In this document: one piece after another, positions 28,415 through 35,644 of the stretch
Numbering within the stretch: the first letter of the stretch is position 1
Layout: every line of letters begins with the position of its first letter
Virus record (IMG/VR): IMGVR_UViG_3300036719_006047
Location: 32,001-96,000 of that record
From: a virus
Length of the DNA stretch: 64,000 nt
Direction: 5' to 3' (one strand)
The notes under the pieces: model-generated
Databases searched by the model: none
The model's input: only the letters and a program-made list of their open reading frames with translations
Told to the model about the DNA's origin: nothing
Translations under genes and position numbers: made by a program

Positions 28415-29137
28415 TCAGTACTTGAAGATGGGAGTTTTGATGTGAAGCTTTCCGTCTGCGCGCAATTCGACGACAAGTCTCTTTTTGGCAACACGGTTCT
28501 TGGACACAGGTTCTTTCGCGTGAAGCAAAATAACTTTTTCGGCTACTTCTTTGGGGTAACCGTTTTGTGCAACATCGACATACCATCCTCTATCCAATTG
28601 AGCTTTAGTAATCTTCGCGTTGGTCAAGTCGGCAAAACCTAAGTTAGCTTCACCTCCTGAGTAGAGTTCACCTAAGTAGACGCCGGTGAAGTCGGCGTCG
28701 GTGAGATTGGCGCCGGTGAGGTCGGCGTAGCTGAGGTTGGCGCGGTTGAGGTTGGCGCCAGTGAGGTTGGCGCCGTGGAATCTGGCGGCGCTGCCGAGCT
28801 TGACGTCGGTGAGGTCGGCTCCGGTGAGGTCGGCGCTGTCGAAGTAGGCGCTGCTGAGGTCGGCGCCGGTCAAGTTGGCGTCGGTGAGGTTGGCGCCTCT
28901 GAGGTCGGAATTGCCGAAGTAGGCGCCTCTGAGGTCGGCGCTGCTGAGGTCGGCGCCGGTGAGGTTGGCGTCGGTGAGCAAGGCTTCGATGAGCCGGGCG
29001 CCGGAGAGGTCGATGCCAGACAGATATCTAAGATTATAGGGCAAGCGTGAAGAGAGTCTTCCCTGCTGCGTAGCTTGTAGACAAGCCTCTGCGTGAGCGA
29101 GGACAGCGATAACGCGGGGGTCGGACATGTTGGCCAC
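28415..29137 (-). CDS. array pentapeptide-repeat protein P (240 aa, first in transcription order)
   Basis: Shared caps; two out-of-register inserts. Confidence 0.95.
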   Translation of the reverse strand: MANMSDPRVIAVLAHAEACLQATQQGRLSSRLPYNLRYLSGIDLSGARLIEALLTDANLTGADLSSADLRGAYFGNSDLRGANLTDANLTGADLSSAYFDSADLTGADLTDVKLGSAARFHGANLTGANLNRANLSYADLTGANLTDADFTGVYLGELYSGGEANLGFADLTNAKITKAQLDRGWYVDVAQNGYPKEVAEKVILLHAKEPVSKNRVAKKRLVVELRADGKLHIKTPIFKY

Positions 29138-29140
29138 GGT

Positions 29141-29422
29141 TCACCTCGAAGGTTTTTTCTTTTCTGACTGCTTCTTCTTCACTGTCTGGTTGAGGACAGA
29201 AAGATGCATCAGAGCGGACAGAATAGCAGCTTGGCTTTGCTGAGGCAGGGATGCCTCTTCAGCTTCGAGTGCTGCAATCAAATTTTCTGTCTCCGCTTTG
29301 AGCTTGGACAACAACGATTTTGTCTGTTCCCTCTTCGACAGGGATAAAAGAGATGGCTGAAAGCCCTTCTTCCTAGCCTGTTTGGGTTGCTCTTGACCTT
29401 CTTGGGTTGTAGCTCTTGCCAT
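29141..29422 (-). CDS. hypothetical helical protein
   Basis: 93 aa; its stop lies inside the SD of gene P. Confidence 0.65.
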   Translation of the reverse strand: MARATTQEGQEQPKQARKKGFQPSLLSLSKREQTKSLLSKLKAETENLIAALEAEEASLPQQSQAAILSALMHLSVLNQTVKKKQSEKKKPSR

Positions 29423-29459
29423 CTGTCACTCTCGCTCTTAGGGGGCGCGGCACAGGAAG

Positions 29460-30653
29460 GTGCTCGTGCCTGTCTCTGAAACTGAAACGTTAGAAGCGAT
29501 TGCATTGCTCCCTGAACATTCCTGGCTACGGCAGTACGTCATTCACGCCCTCAAGCAGACTGTTGCTCCTCTCTGTTATCACATCGGCATCGGTATCGCT
29601 GTTCTCGGCGTTACCTGCCCCATTCATTACGGCATGTCTTATGCAGGCCCACTTCGGGCGAACAATTTTGTGCTCTGTGTCGGTCGATCTGGCGAAGACA
29701 ATAAATCCACAGCCCTCAACATTGGTATTGAGCTTCTCAAAAGCGCTGAATCAAGCCTGATAGGCGACTTCCCGGGATCTCAGGAAGGGTTGATTGAAAG
29801 CTTGATGGATCAGGAATCCCAAGTGATTCCAATGTCGGAGTTCGGCAAGTTTCTTTCCTCGGCCCAGCGCGGGTACTTCGAACCCATCAAGACTGCTTTG
29901 ACTGATCTGTGGGACTGCGGAAAGCAGACAAGGAGAAAAGCGGCTCAGCGGGGTCAGGTCGTAAAAGTTGAAGTTGAGAACCCCAGACTTTCTATTGCAG
30001 CCGCTTGCTCCATCCCTTACCTCGAAAAACATACTTTATCGGAGGACTGGACAGGAGGCTTCATGGGGCGATGGCTCGTTTTCTACGGTATGCGTGAACG
30101 GTATGATGCAAATCCCGTAGGCGACGACAGCATGGTTCCCCTTCTGAAAGAAGGCTTGCAGTCTCGCGCGCAAACAGCTTCTGCAGGCTTCTGCAAAGGC
30201 TTGACGCCCGAAGCTCAGGAGCTTTGGGATGAGTGGTACAAAGACATCGTTCACCGCAGACTGCCCAACAACATCGTGGGCATCCGTTCTCGAGCGCCGA
30301 CTATCGCGAGAAAGCTGTGTCTTGTTCTGGCTTGGGATTACGGACTGGCTCGCGAAGGCGCCCCTTGGGATCTCGATGTCGACATTTTGCGCCCCGCCAT
30401 TGCGATCACTGAGCTTCACGTAAAGAGCTTGGTCGACCTTTCCTCGATGATCGCGGAGCACGCTGACGCACGAATGCGTAGATCTGTCATCGACGCCGTG
30501 GAATGCGTCGGAGGCGTTGCTACTCTGGGCGAGATTCTCTCTCACTTGAAGATGAGAAAACGCCCTGTGGTCGAAGTGCTCGATTCCTTGATCGAAGAGG
30601 GAAGAATCAAACGAATCAAGACTTCCCTCGGGTACTCATACGAACTTCAATGA
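29460..30653 (+). CDS. DUF3987/YfjI-like P-loop protein (primase-associated helicase type) with C-terminal wHTH-like region
   Basis: VGRSGEDNKST, SQEGL, SEFGKFL, LTDLWD, NPRLSI, GFMGRW. Confidence 0.75.
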   Translation: MLVPVSETETLEAIALLPEHSWLRQYVIHALKQTVAPLCYHIGIGIAVLGVTCPIHYGMSYAGPLRANNFVLCVGRSGEDNKSTALNIGIELLKSAESSLIGDFPGSQEGLIESLMDQESQVIPMSEFGKFLSSAQRGYFEPIKTALTDLWDCGKQTRRKAAQRGQVVKVEVENPRLSIAAACSIPYLEKHTLSEDWTGGFMGRWLVFYGMRERYDANPVGDDSMVPLLKEGLQSRAQTASAGFCKGLTPEAQELWDEWYKDIVHRRLPNNIVGIRSRAPTIARKLCLVLAWDYGLAREGAPWDLDVDILRPAIAITELHVKSLVDLSSMIAEHADARMRRSVIDAVECVGGVATLGEILSHLKMRKRPVVEVLDSLIEEGRIKRIKTSLGYSYELQ

Positions 30654-31332
30654 GAGGCAGCAGCCACTTCAGATTGACGGGCTTGAGCGAGCCCGGCTTT
30701 GTCGGAACAAGTGGCGTGTAAATCTCTTTTTCCGGTGTGGGCTGCGCCCACTCTCGAAGGGTCTGGATCGCTTGCTTGGGCAAGATGATCCAGGCCTTTG
30801 AGCCATTGGCTTCAGGCGTTTCGTAACGGTCTTTGTTTTCGTTGTAGATGACATGCCCCCACGTCCTTGTCTTCAGGCTCTTTGCTTCGAGACCAGACAA
30901 GATGCAGTCCGCGATGGCGTCTACGACTTCGACAGGCACCTGAGGGATGTCCACGATGTTCTCCACGGGCTTGGGAGGTCTTCCGAGGGGCAGGACAGGG
31001 AGATCGGGCAACTGCTTTTCGTAAAGCTCAAGCATGTACCGAGAGTAAGCTCGGTAAGCAGAACGAGTTTTGGGGTGCAGAAGGATGACTCCTTTCACTT
31101 GCTCCTCGTCCTCGAAGGTAGTTGAGTTCAAAGCTCTTTCGAGGCAATTGATGTGAGACAAGTAGACTTTGATCGAGTTGTCCTTCATCTGCATCTCTTT
31201 CTTGAGCCATTCTTTGAACTGCATGGTCACTCCGTTAACTGGTTTACGGGATAACAGAACTCGTTTACCCTGTGTCGCGCTGGTAGTCAAATCACCTGGA
31301 ATAGAAAGACATAGGTACTTCTCCTTATGCAT
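30616..31332 (-). CDS. hypothetical protein resembling a truncated or inactive tyrosine-recombinase fold
   Basis: FKEWL..NSIKVYLSHI is core-binding-like; ILSGLEAKSLKTRTWGHV parallels LxxTGLRxxELxxLxWxDI but lacks the Arg; no HxxR or catalytic Tyr region. Confidence 0.45.
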   Translation of the reverse strand: MHKEKYLCLSIPGDLTTSATQGKRVLLSRKPVNGVTMQFKEWLKKEMQMKDNSIKVYLSHINCLERALNSTTFEDEEQVKGVILLHPKTRSAYRAYSRYMLELYEKQLPDLPVLPLGRPPKPVENIVDIPQVPVEVVDAIADCILSGLEAKSLKTRTWGHVIYNENKDRYETPEANGSKAWIILPKQAIQTLREWAQPTPEKEIYTPLVPTKPGSLKPVNLKWLLPLIEVRMSTRGKS

Positions 31333-31428
31333 GTCTATTCCAGACTTGTCTCTCTGATTTCAGACAGCGTGCGCAAACGATAACGTACTTCTGTTATCCA
31401 GTTATTCAGTTAACTACGCCCGGCGCAA

Positions 31429-31730
31429 GCATCGCGTCGCGTCACGTGCGTGTCGTGCGTGTCGTGCGTGTCGTGCGTGTCGCACGTGTCGTGCGTGTCG
31501 CACGTGTCGTGCGCGTCACGCGTGTCGCACGTGTCGCACGTGACGTGGGAGTCGTACGTGTCGCACGTGACGTAGGGACCGTACGTGTCGCACGTGACGC
31601 ACGTGTCGCACGTGACGTACGTCCACTCCGTACGGCGCGCACGTTACGTACCCGCTCCGTACGGCGCGCACGTAACGTGCATGCACGTACGCCCACCGTA
31701 CGTCCGCACGGACGTGCGCATGTGTACGTG
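31429..31730. repeat. non-coding CpG-dense tract of 9-bp units CGTG(T/A)CG(TG/CA)
   Basis: cgtgtcgtg / cgtgtcgca / cgtgacgca arrays with many CACGTG and TACGTA palindromes, located at the strand switch. Confidence 0.92.
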
Positions 31731-31932
31731 ATAGAAAGGGCCGGAGTTAATCCAAAGAAGGCCAAAAAAATTTTGTTAGACCAAAGAGAGGGTCGATAGG
31801 AACCTTACTGTTTCCGACGGTTTCTGTCGATACCCTCAGTCTCTCAGGGATCGTGGTTGATTCCCGAGAGCGAGGGGTTTGTCCCCCACGGGAGCGTGTT
31901 GTATCGCTCCCTCACATGCCCTTGGAGGCACC

Positions 31933-32712
31933 ATGTCCGCTGTTCTCCCCGCGCAGGCCTTCGTCGAGACCTCCACCATCACCGTCCCCGTGGACGGCCG
32001 CCAGCGGGTGTTCTTCGGCCACACGGCCGAGGACACGACCCAGTACCTCTGGGTGTTCAAGGCGGGGGGCGCCATCGAGGCGTTCCCCGGGCGCGACCCG
32101 AAGTCGCTGCCCTCGGTCGAGGGGGTCGAGGGCCGCATCCTCGTCCCCCTCACGACGGACAACTTCGGGGTCCAGCCCGGGGCGCGCGGCTCCACGCTCG
32201 TGGCCACCGAGGCGGCCCGCGGCCGCCGCCGCGACGAGCTGCGCGGCCTCGGCACCCCCGCCCCCGCGCCCGCCCCCGCCCCCGTGACCGGCACCCCCGC
32301 CGCGGGGCTCGCCTTCGGGGTGCCCCGCGCCCCCACCGCCGCCTCCACGAAGGTCGCCGCGCCGCCCCCGGCGCCCCCGGCGGTCAAGCCCGACGACCCC
32401 CGCGCCGTCGGGCTCTACAAGGGCACGCTGACGATCTCCGCGGCCATCGAGGGGCTCACGTCCGCGGAAATCGTGGCCCTCACGGCCGCGGTGAGGGCGC
32501 TCAAGGAGCGCCACGCGGCCGAGGAGGCGGCGATGGCCGCCGCCGTGGACGGGCTGAAGCAGCTCATGGGCGAGATCCCCGGCGTCGTGACGCCCGTCGC
32601 GCCGTCCGCCCCCGTGGCTCCGTCCGCCTACGACGACGCCACCGCTGACGCCGACGCCGACGACGACATCGGCCTCGACGACGACGAGGCCCCCGTCGCC
32701 GGCGTGGGGTAG
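31933..32712 (+). CDS. hypothetical protein (GC-rich, Pro/Ala-rich)
   Basis: GGAGG SD, ATG at 31933; G/C third positions. Confidence 0.85.
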   Translation: MSAVLPAQAFVETSTITVPVDGRQRVFFGHTAEDTTQYLWVFKAGGAIEAFPGRDPKSLPSVEGVEGRILVPLTTDNFGVQPGARGSTLVATEAARGRRRDELRGLGTPAPAPAPAPVTGTPAAGLAFGVPRAPTAASTKVAAPPPAPPAVKPDDPRAVGLYKGTLTISAAIEGLTSAEIVALTAAVRALKERHAAEEAAMAAAVDGLKQLMGEIPGVVTPVAPSAPVAPSAYDDATADADADDDIGLDDDEAPVAGVG

Positions 32713-32718
32713 CCCCCA

Positions 32719-32752
32719 GGCAGGGGTGAGGGTTTAGGCCCTCGCCCCTGCC
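32719..32752 (+). terminator. 14-bp GC hairpin after ORF (terminator-like, no U tract)
   Basis: GGCAGGGGTGAGGG-TTTAGG-CCCTCGCCCCTGCC. Confidence 0.5.
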
Positions 32753-32768
32753 CGGTCCGTGACCGTCA

Positions 32769-32936
32769 CGGGCCCGTGCTGACTTCACGCGAGATCGCGT
32801 GAGGTCATCTCGGCCTCGTGGCCGTGCGCTCAAGCTCGTGGTGAGCGAGAGCACAACCCAGCGGAGTGTCTACGCGCCCGCGGACACTTCGCATCACGTA
32901 CGTCACGTACGTGTTTGAGCGGGCATAGGAGCTACC
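32769..32936 (+). repeat. palindromic leader repeat, copy 1 (168 bp)
   Basis: Near-identical to 33297-33455 and 33860-34017; ends in ATAGGAGCTACC-ATG. Confidence 0.95.
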
Positions 32937-33284
32937 ATGACCTACACCGAAACCCTCGCGGAAAAGGCGGTTGAGGGCCTGGGCATCGGCTTTGGCGGGA
33001 CCTCGCAAGTCTCGCCCGACGTGCTCGGGCAGGCCCTCGCGGGCCAGATCAACAACGGGGGATGGGCGCTCATCGCGCCCGTCTCCCACTGGCAGGACGT
33101 CCTCTTCCGCGCGTGGGAGGGGGATGGGGATTACTGGGAGGACGACGATCGTGAGGCGGCGAAGGCCGCATTCGTGGCGGGGTTCGAGGCTACAATCCTC
33201 GCGCTGGGCCTCAGCCTCGAAGAAGTGTACGCGGCGCAACCGCCGCCTCCGGCCGAGCCCCCTCAGCCTGGGGATCATTGGTAG
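32937..33284 (+). CDS. hypothetical protein (cassette 1)
   Basis: AGGAG SD supplied by the repeat. Confidence 0.8.
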   Translation: MTYTETLAEKAVEGLGIGFGGTSQVSPDVLGQALAGQINNGGWALIAPVSHWQDVLFRAWEGDGDYWEDDDREAAKAAFVAGFEATILALGLSLEEVYAAQPPPPAEPPQPGDHW

Positions 33285-33296
33285 GCGAGGGGCCTG

Positions 33297-33455
33297 CGGG
33301 CCCGTGCTGACTTCACGCGAGATCGCGTGAGGTCATCTCGGCCTCGTGGCCGTGCGCTCAAGCTCGTGGTGAGCGAGAGCACAACCGGAAGAAGTGTCTT
33401 TGCGCCCGCGGACACTTCGCATCACGTACGTGCTTGAGCGGGCATAGGAGCTACC
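33297..33455 (+). repeat. palindromic leader repeat, copy 2 (159 bp)
   Basis: As copy 1 minus one 9-bp CACGTACGT unit. Confidence 0.95.
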
Positions 33456-33836
33456 ATGACCGACAAGCCACATCTGTGGCTGGTGGATCCAGCCATCACA
33501 GAGGAGGACCCGTGCGACGAGTCCTCTGAAGAGTCGGAGGAGGACTACGAGCAAGCAAACGAGCTTGCTCGGGGCATTTTCATGCACCTCACGGGTGCCC
33601 TGGGGCACGCCAAGTACGTGTCTCTGTCCCTGCTGGGTCGGGCAGTCGCGACTCGCGTGCTGCTGGGGGAGCAGCTTGCTCCTCGTCTCCTCGCGTTCGC
33701 GTGCGCGTTGAGGTGGCTGGAAGCCCGGCACGGGGAAAGCCCCGTCTCGGACGAGGACTACGCGTTCGCGTCCGACACATGTCGGGCGGCAATGGTCGTG
33801 TTCCTCGCGGAGCACGACGTCACCTCCAGAAGTTAG
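33456..33836 (+). CDS. hypothetical protein (cassette 2)
   Basis: SD supplied by the repeat. Confidence 0.8.
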   Translation: MTDKPHLWLVDPAITEEDPCDESSEESEEDYEQANELARGIFMHLTGALGHAKYVSLSLLGRAVATRVLLGEQLAPRLLAFACALRWLEARHGESPVSDEDYAFASDTCRAAMVVFLAEHDVTSRS

Positions 33837-33843
33837 GCCAGGG

Positions 33844-34017
33844 GGCCACGAGGCCGAGATGACTTCACGCGATCTCGCGTGAGGTCGTCTCGGCCTCGTC
33901 GCCGTGAGCTCAAGCTCGTGGTGAGCGAGAGCACAACCGGAAGAAGTGTCTACGCGCCCGCGGACACTTCGCATCACGTACGTCACGTACGTGTTTGAGC
34001 GGGCATAGGAGCTACAC
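33844..34017 (+). repeat. palindromic leader repeat, copy 3, with extended 25-bp hairpin
   Basis: Hairpin 33848-33899. Confidence 0.95.
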
Positions 34018-34932
34018 ATGACCGCGCTTTACACTGACCCCTACGCAGACCCCTACTCGTTCGCCAAGGCCGCCGGCTGGGAGGGGCAGATTGTGCCCTT
34101 CCCGGGCGAGGACCACTTCCGCACCGTCACGGTGCGGGACGAGACCGTGACGGTCCTCGTCGCTCTCGGGCTCGGGGGCTACTACGCCCCCGTGAACGAC
34201 AAGGGGCAGATCCTCGTCCGGCCCCCCCAGGTGGGGGACCTGCTCCACTACCTCCCCGACATCCTGGGCTGGATGGGCCAGCCCACCAAGCTGCGCCCGG
34301 AGGCGCTGCTGACCCCCGGCTGGGCCAAGACCTGGCCCGGCAAGTACACGGACCAGAACCTTCGGGAGGTCGAGGAGCGGCGGGCCGCCCGTGAGGCGAA
34401 GGCGGTGAAGCCGACCTCCGCGGCGTCGGCCCCCGCCGCCCCGTCCCCGGCCCAGGTCGGTCCGGTGAAGGCGAAGGTGAGCTTCGGCTCGCCGTCGCCT
34501 TCCTCCTCGTCGCCCGCGCTCGACAGCGACTCCGGGCCGTTCTCGGTCGAGGGAACCATCGACATGCACGACACCGGCGTCGTGCAGCCCTCGGTCGAGG
34601 CCACCGCGCCGCCGGCGCCCGCCGCCCCCGTGAAGGCGAAGGTGAGCTTCGGCTCGCCGTCGCCCTCCCCCTCGCCCTCCTCCCCGGCCGCCCCTCCTGT
34701 CCTCGACCCCATCGTGGACGAGAGCGGGCTGTGGTTCCTGCGCCGCGCGGAGATCACCTGGGACCAGTGGTTCCAGGAGGTCGTCGCCTTCGCGGAAGGC
34801 GAAGGCAACCCGTCGCTGATCGCGCACGGGCTCGCCGCGGGCCTGCCGCTCGTGCGGCCGACCGACCCGAACCGGGTCGATTTCCGCAAGAGCAAGTTCA
34901 CCGCCCCGCTCGGGCGGCCCCCGGGCTCGTAG
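34018..34932 (+). CDS. hypothetical Pro/Ala/Ser-rich protein (cassette 3)
   Basis: 304 aa; internal 35-bp duplicate (34465-34499 = 34630-34664, VKAKVSFGSPSP). Confidence 0.85.
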   Translation: MTALYTDPYADPYSFAKAAGWEGQIVPFPGEDHFRTVTVRDETVTVLVALGLGGYYAPVNDKGQILVRPPQVGDLLHYLPDILGWMGQPTKLRPEALLTPGWAKTWPGKYTDQNLREVEERRAAREAKAVKPTSAASAPAAPSPAQVGPVKAKVSFGSPSPSSSSPALDSDSGPFSVEGTIDMHDTGVVQPSVEATAPPAPAAPVKAKVSFGSPSPSPSPSSPAAPPVLDPIVDESGLWFLRRAEITWDQWFQEVVAFAEGEGNPSLIAHGLAAGLPLVRPTDPNRVDFRKSKFTAPLGRPPGS

Positions 34933-34969
34933 TGACCTTGCCGACTGTCAATGCTTGAGCGATCGAGCA

Positions 34970-34998
34970 TTGACAGTTGGCACAGCCCGCGATACCCT
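34970..34998 (+). promoter_or_regulatory. sigma70-type promoter for the tRNA cluster
   Basis: TTGACA-17 nt-TACCCT, 12 nt before tRNA-Arg. Confidence 0.7.
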
Positions 34999-35010
34999 GC
35001 GGGTACTTGA

Positions 35011-35084
<74 letters not shown>

Positions 35085-35096
35085 CTTCTTTGACAT

Positions 35097-35167
35097 TGGG
35101 GCGTAGTGTAATGGTAGCACAAGGGGTTTTGGCCCCCTTGGTCCGGGTTCGAGCCCTGGCGCCCCAG
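35097..35167 (+). tRNA. tRNA-Gln(TTG)
   Basis: TGGGGCG/CGCCCCA; AGGGG-TTTTGGC-CCCCT. Confidence 0.93.
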
Positions 35168-35171
35168 TTTT

Positions 35172-35390
35172 CGTTGGTGCTCCAACGCCCCGTGTGCGCG
35201 GGGCTCCCCTTCGCGGGAAAAGGTGCTTGCTAACCACGCACACGGCGGCAAGAAGCTGGGCGGTCGCTGTCGGTCCGTTTCCAGGGTGGACGCCGTAACA
35301 CTGTCCCACGGTAGCGTGTGGGGCGGATCACGTGCGAACGAGGTCGCACGACGTTTGCCAGCCTTCCTCGTCCTTGCTGAAAAAGGCTGG
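35172..35390 (+). ncRNA. candidate structured RNA 1
   Basis: Serial hairpins with loop-loop complementarity ACGAGG/CCTCGT. Confidence 0.45.
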
Positions 35391-35395
35391 AATTT

Positions 35396-35479
35396 GCGAG
35401 AGTGGTGGAATAGGTAGACGCGCCGGACTCAAAATCCGGTGACCGGAAGGTCGTGCGGGTTCGATTCCCGCCTCTCGCA
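35396..35479 (+). tRNA. tRNA-Leu(CAA)
   Basis: GCGAGAG/CTCTCGC; CCGGA-CTCAAAA-TCCGG; long variable arm. Confidence 0.97.
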
Positions 35480-35483
35480 CTTC

Positions 35484-35556
35484 GCTGGCGTAGCTCAACT
35501 GGCAGAGCAGCGGTTTTGTAAACCGCAGGTTATCGGTTCAAGTCCGTTCGCCAGCT
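35484..35556 (+). tRNA. tRNA-Thr(TGT)
   Basis: GCTGGCG/CGCCAGC; GCGGT-TTTGTAA-ACCGC. Confidence 0.97.
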
Positions 35557-35563
35557 TCTTTTC

Positions 35564-35636
35564 GGGGACGTAGCTCAGTTGGGAGAGCACCTGCTTTGCA
35601 CGCAGGGGGTCACGGGTTCGAGTCCCGTCGTCTCCA
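35564..35636 (+). tRNA. tRNA-Ala(TGC)
   Basis: G3:U70 pair present; CCTGC-TTTGCAC-GCAGG. Confidence 0.97.
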
Positions 35637-35644
35637 TTTTGTTT

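Noticed and set aside
14475-29137. Diversity-generating retroelement as the source of variation
   Set aside because: No reverse transcriptase or TR/VR pair in the window, and differences are not adenine-restricted; an RT elsewhere cannot be excluded.
14475-29137. Calling the array genes qnr or mfpA
   Set aside because: Only the generic repeat is shared; the caps and organisation differ.
31442-31799. ORFs RVVRVARV / TRATRT in the tract
   Set aside because: Low-complexity translations with no SD.
31429-34017. CRISPR array
   Set aside because: Units are 9 bp without spacers, or about 160 bp separated by whole genes; no cas genes.
32769-34017. Canonical integron
   Set aside because: No intact IntI; only one GTTRRRY (GTTAGGC at the cassette 2 stop) and no matching RYYYAAC pairs. 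Kept only as an analogy.
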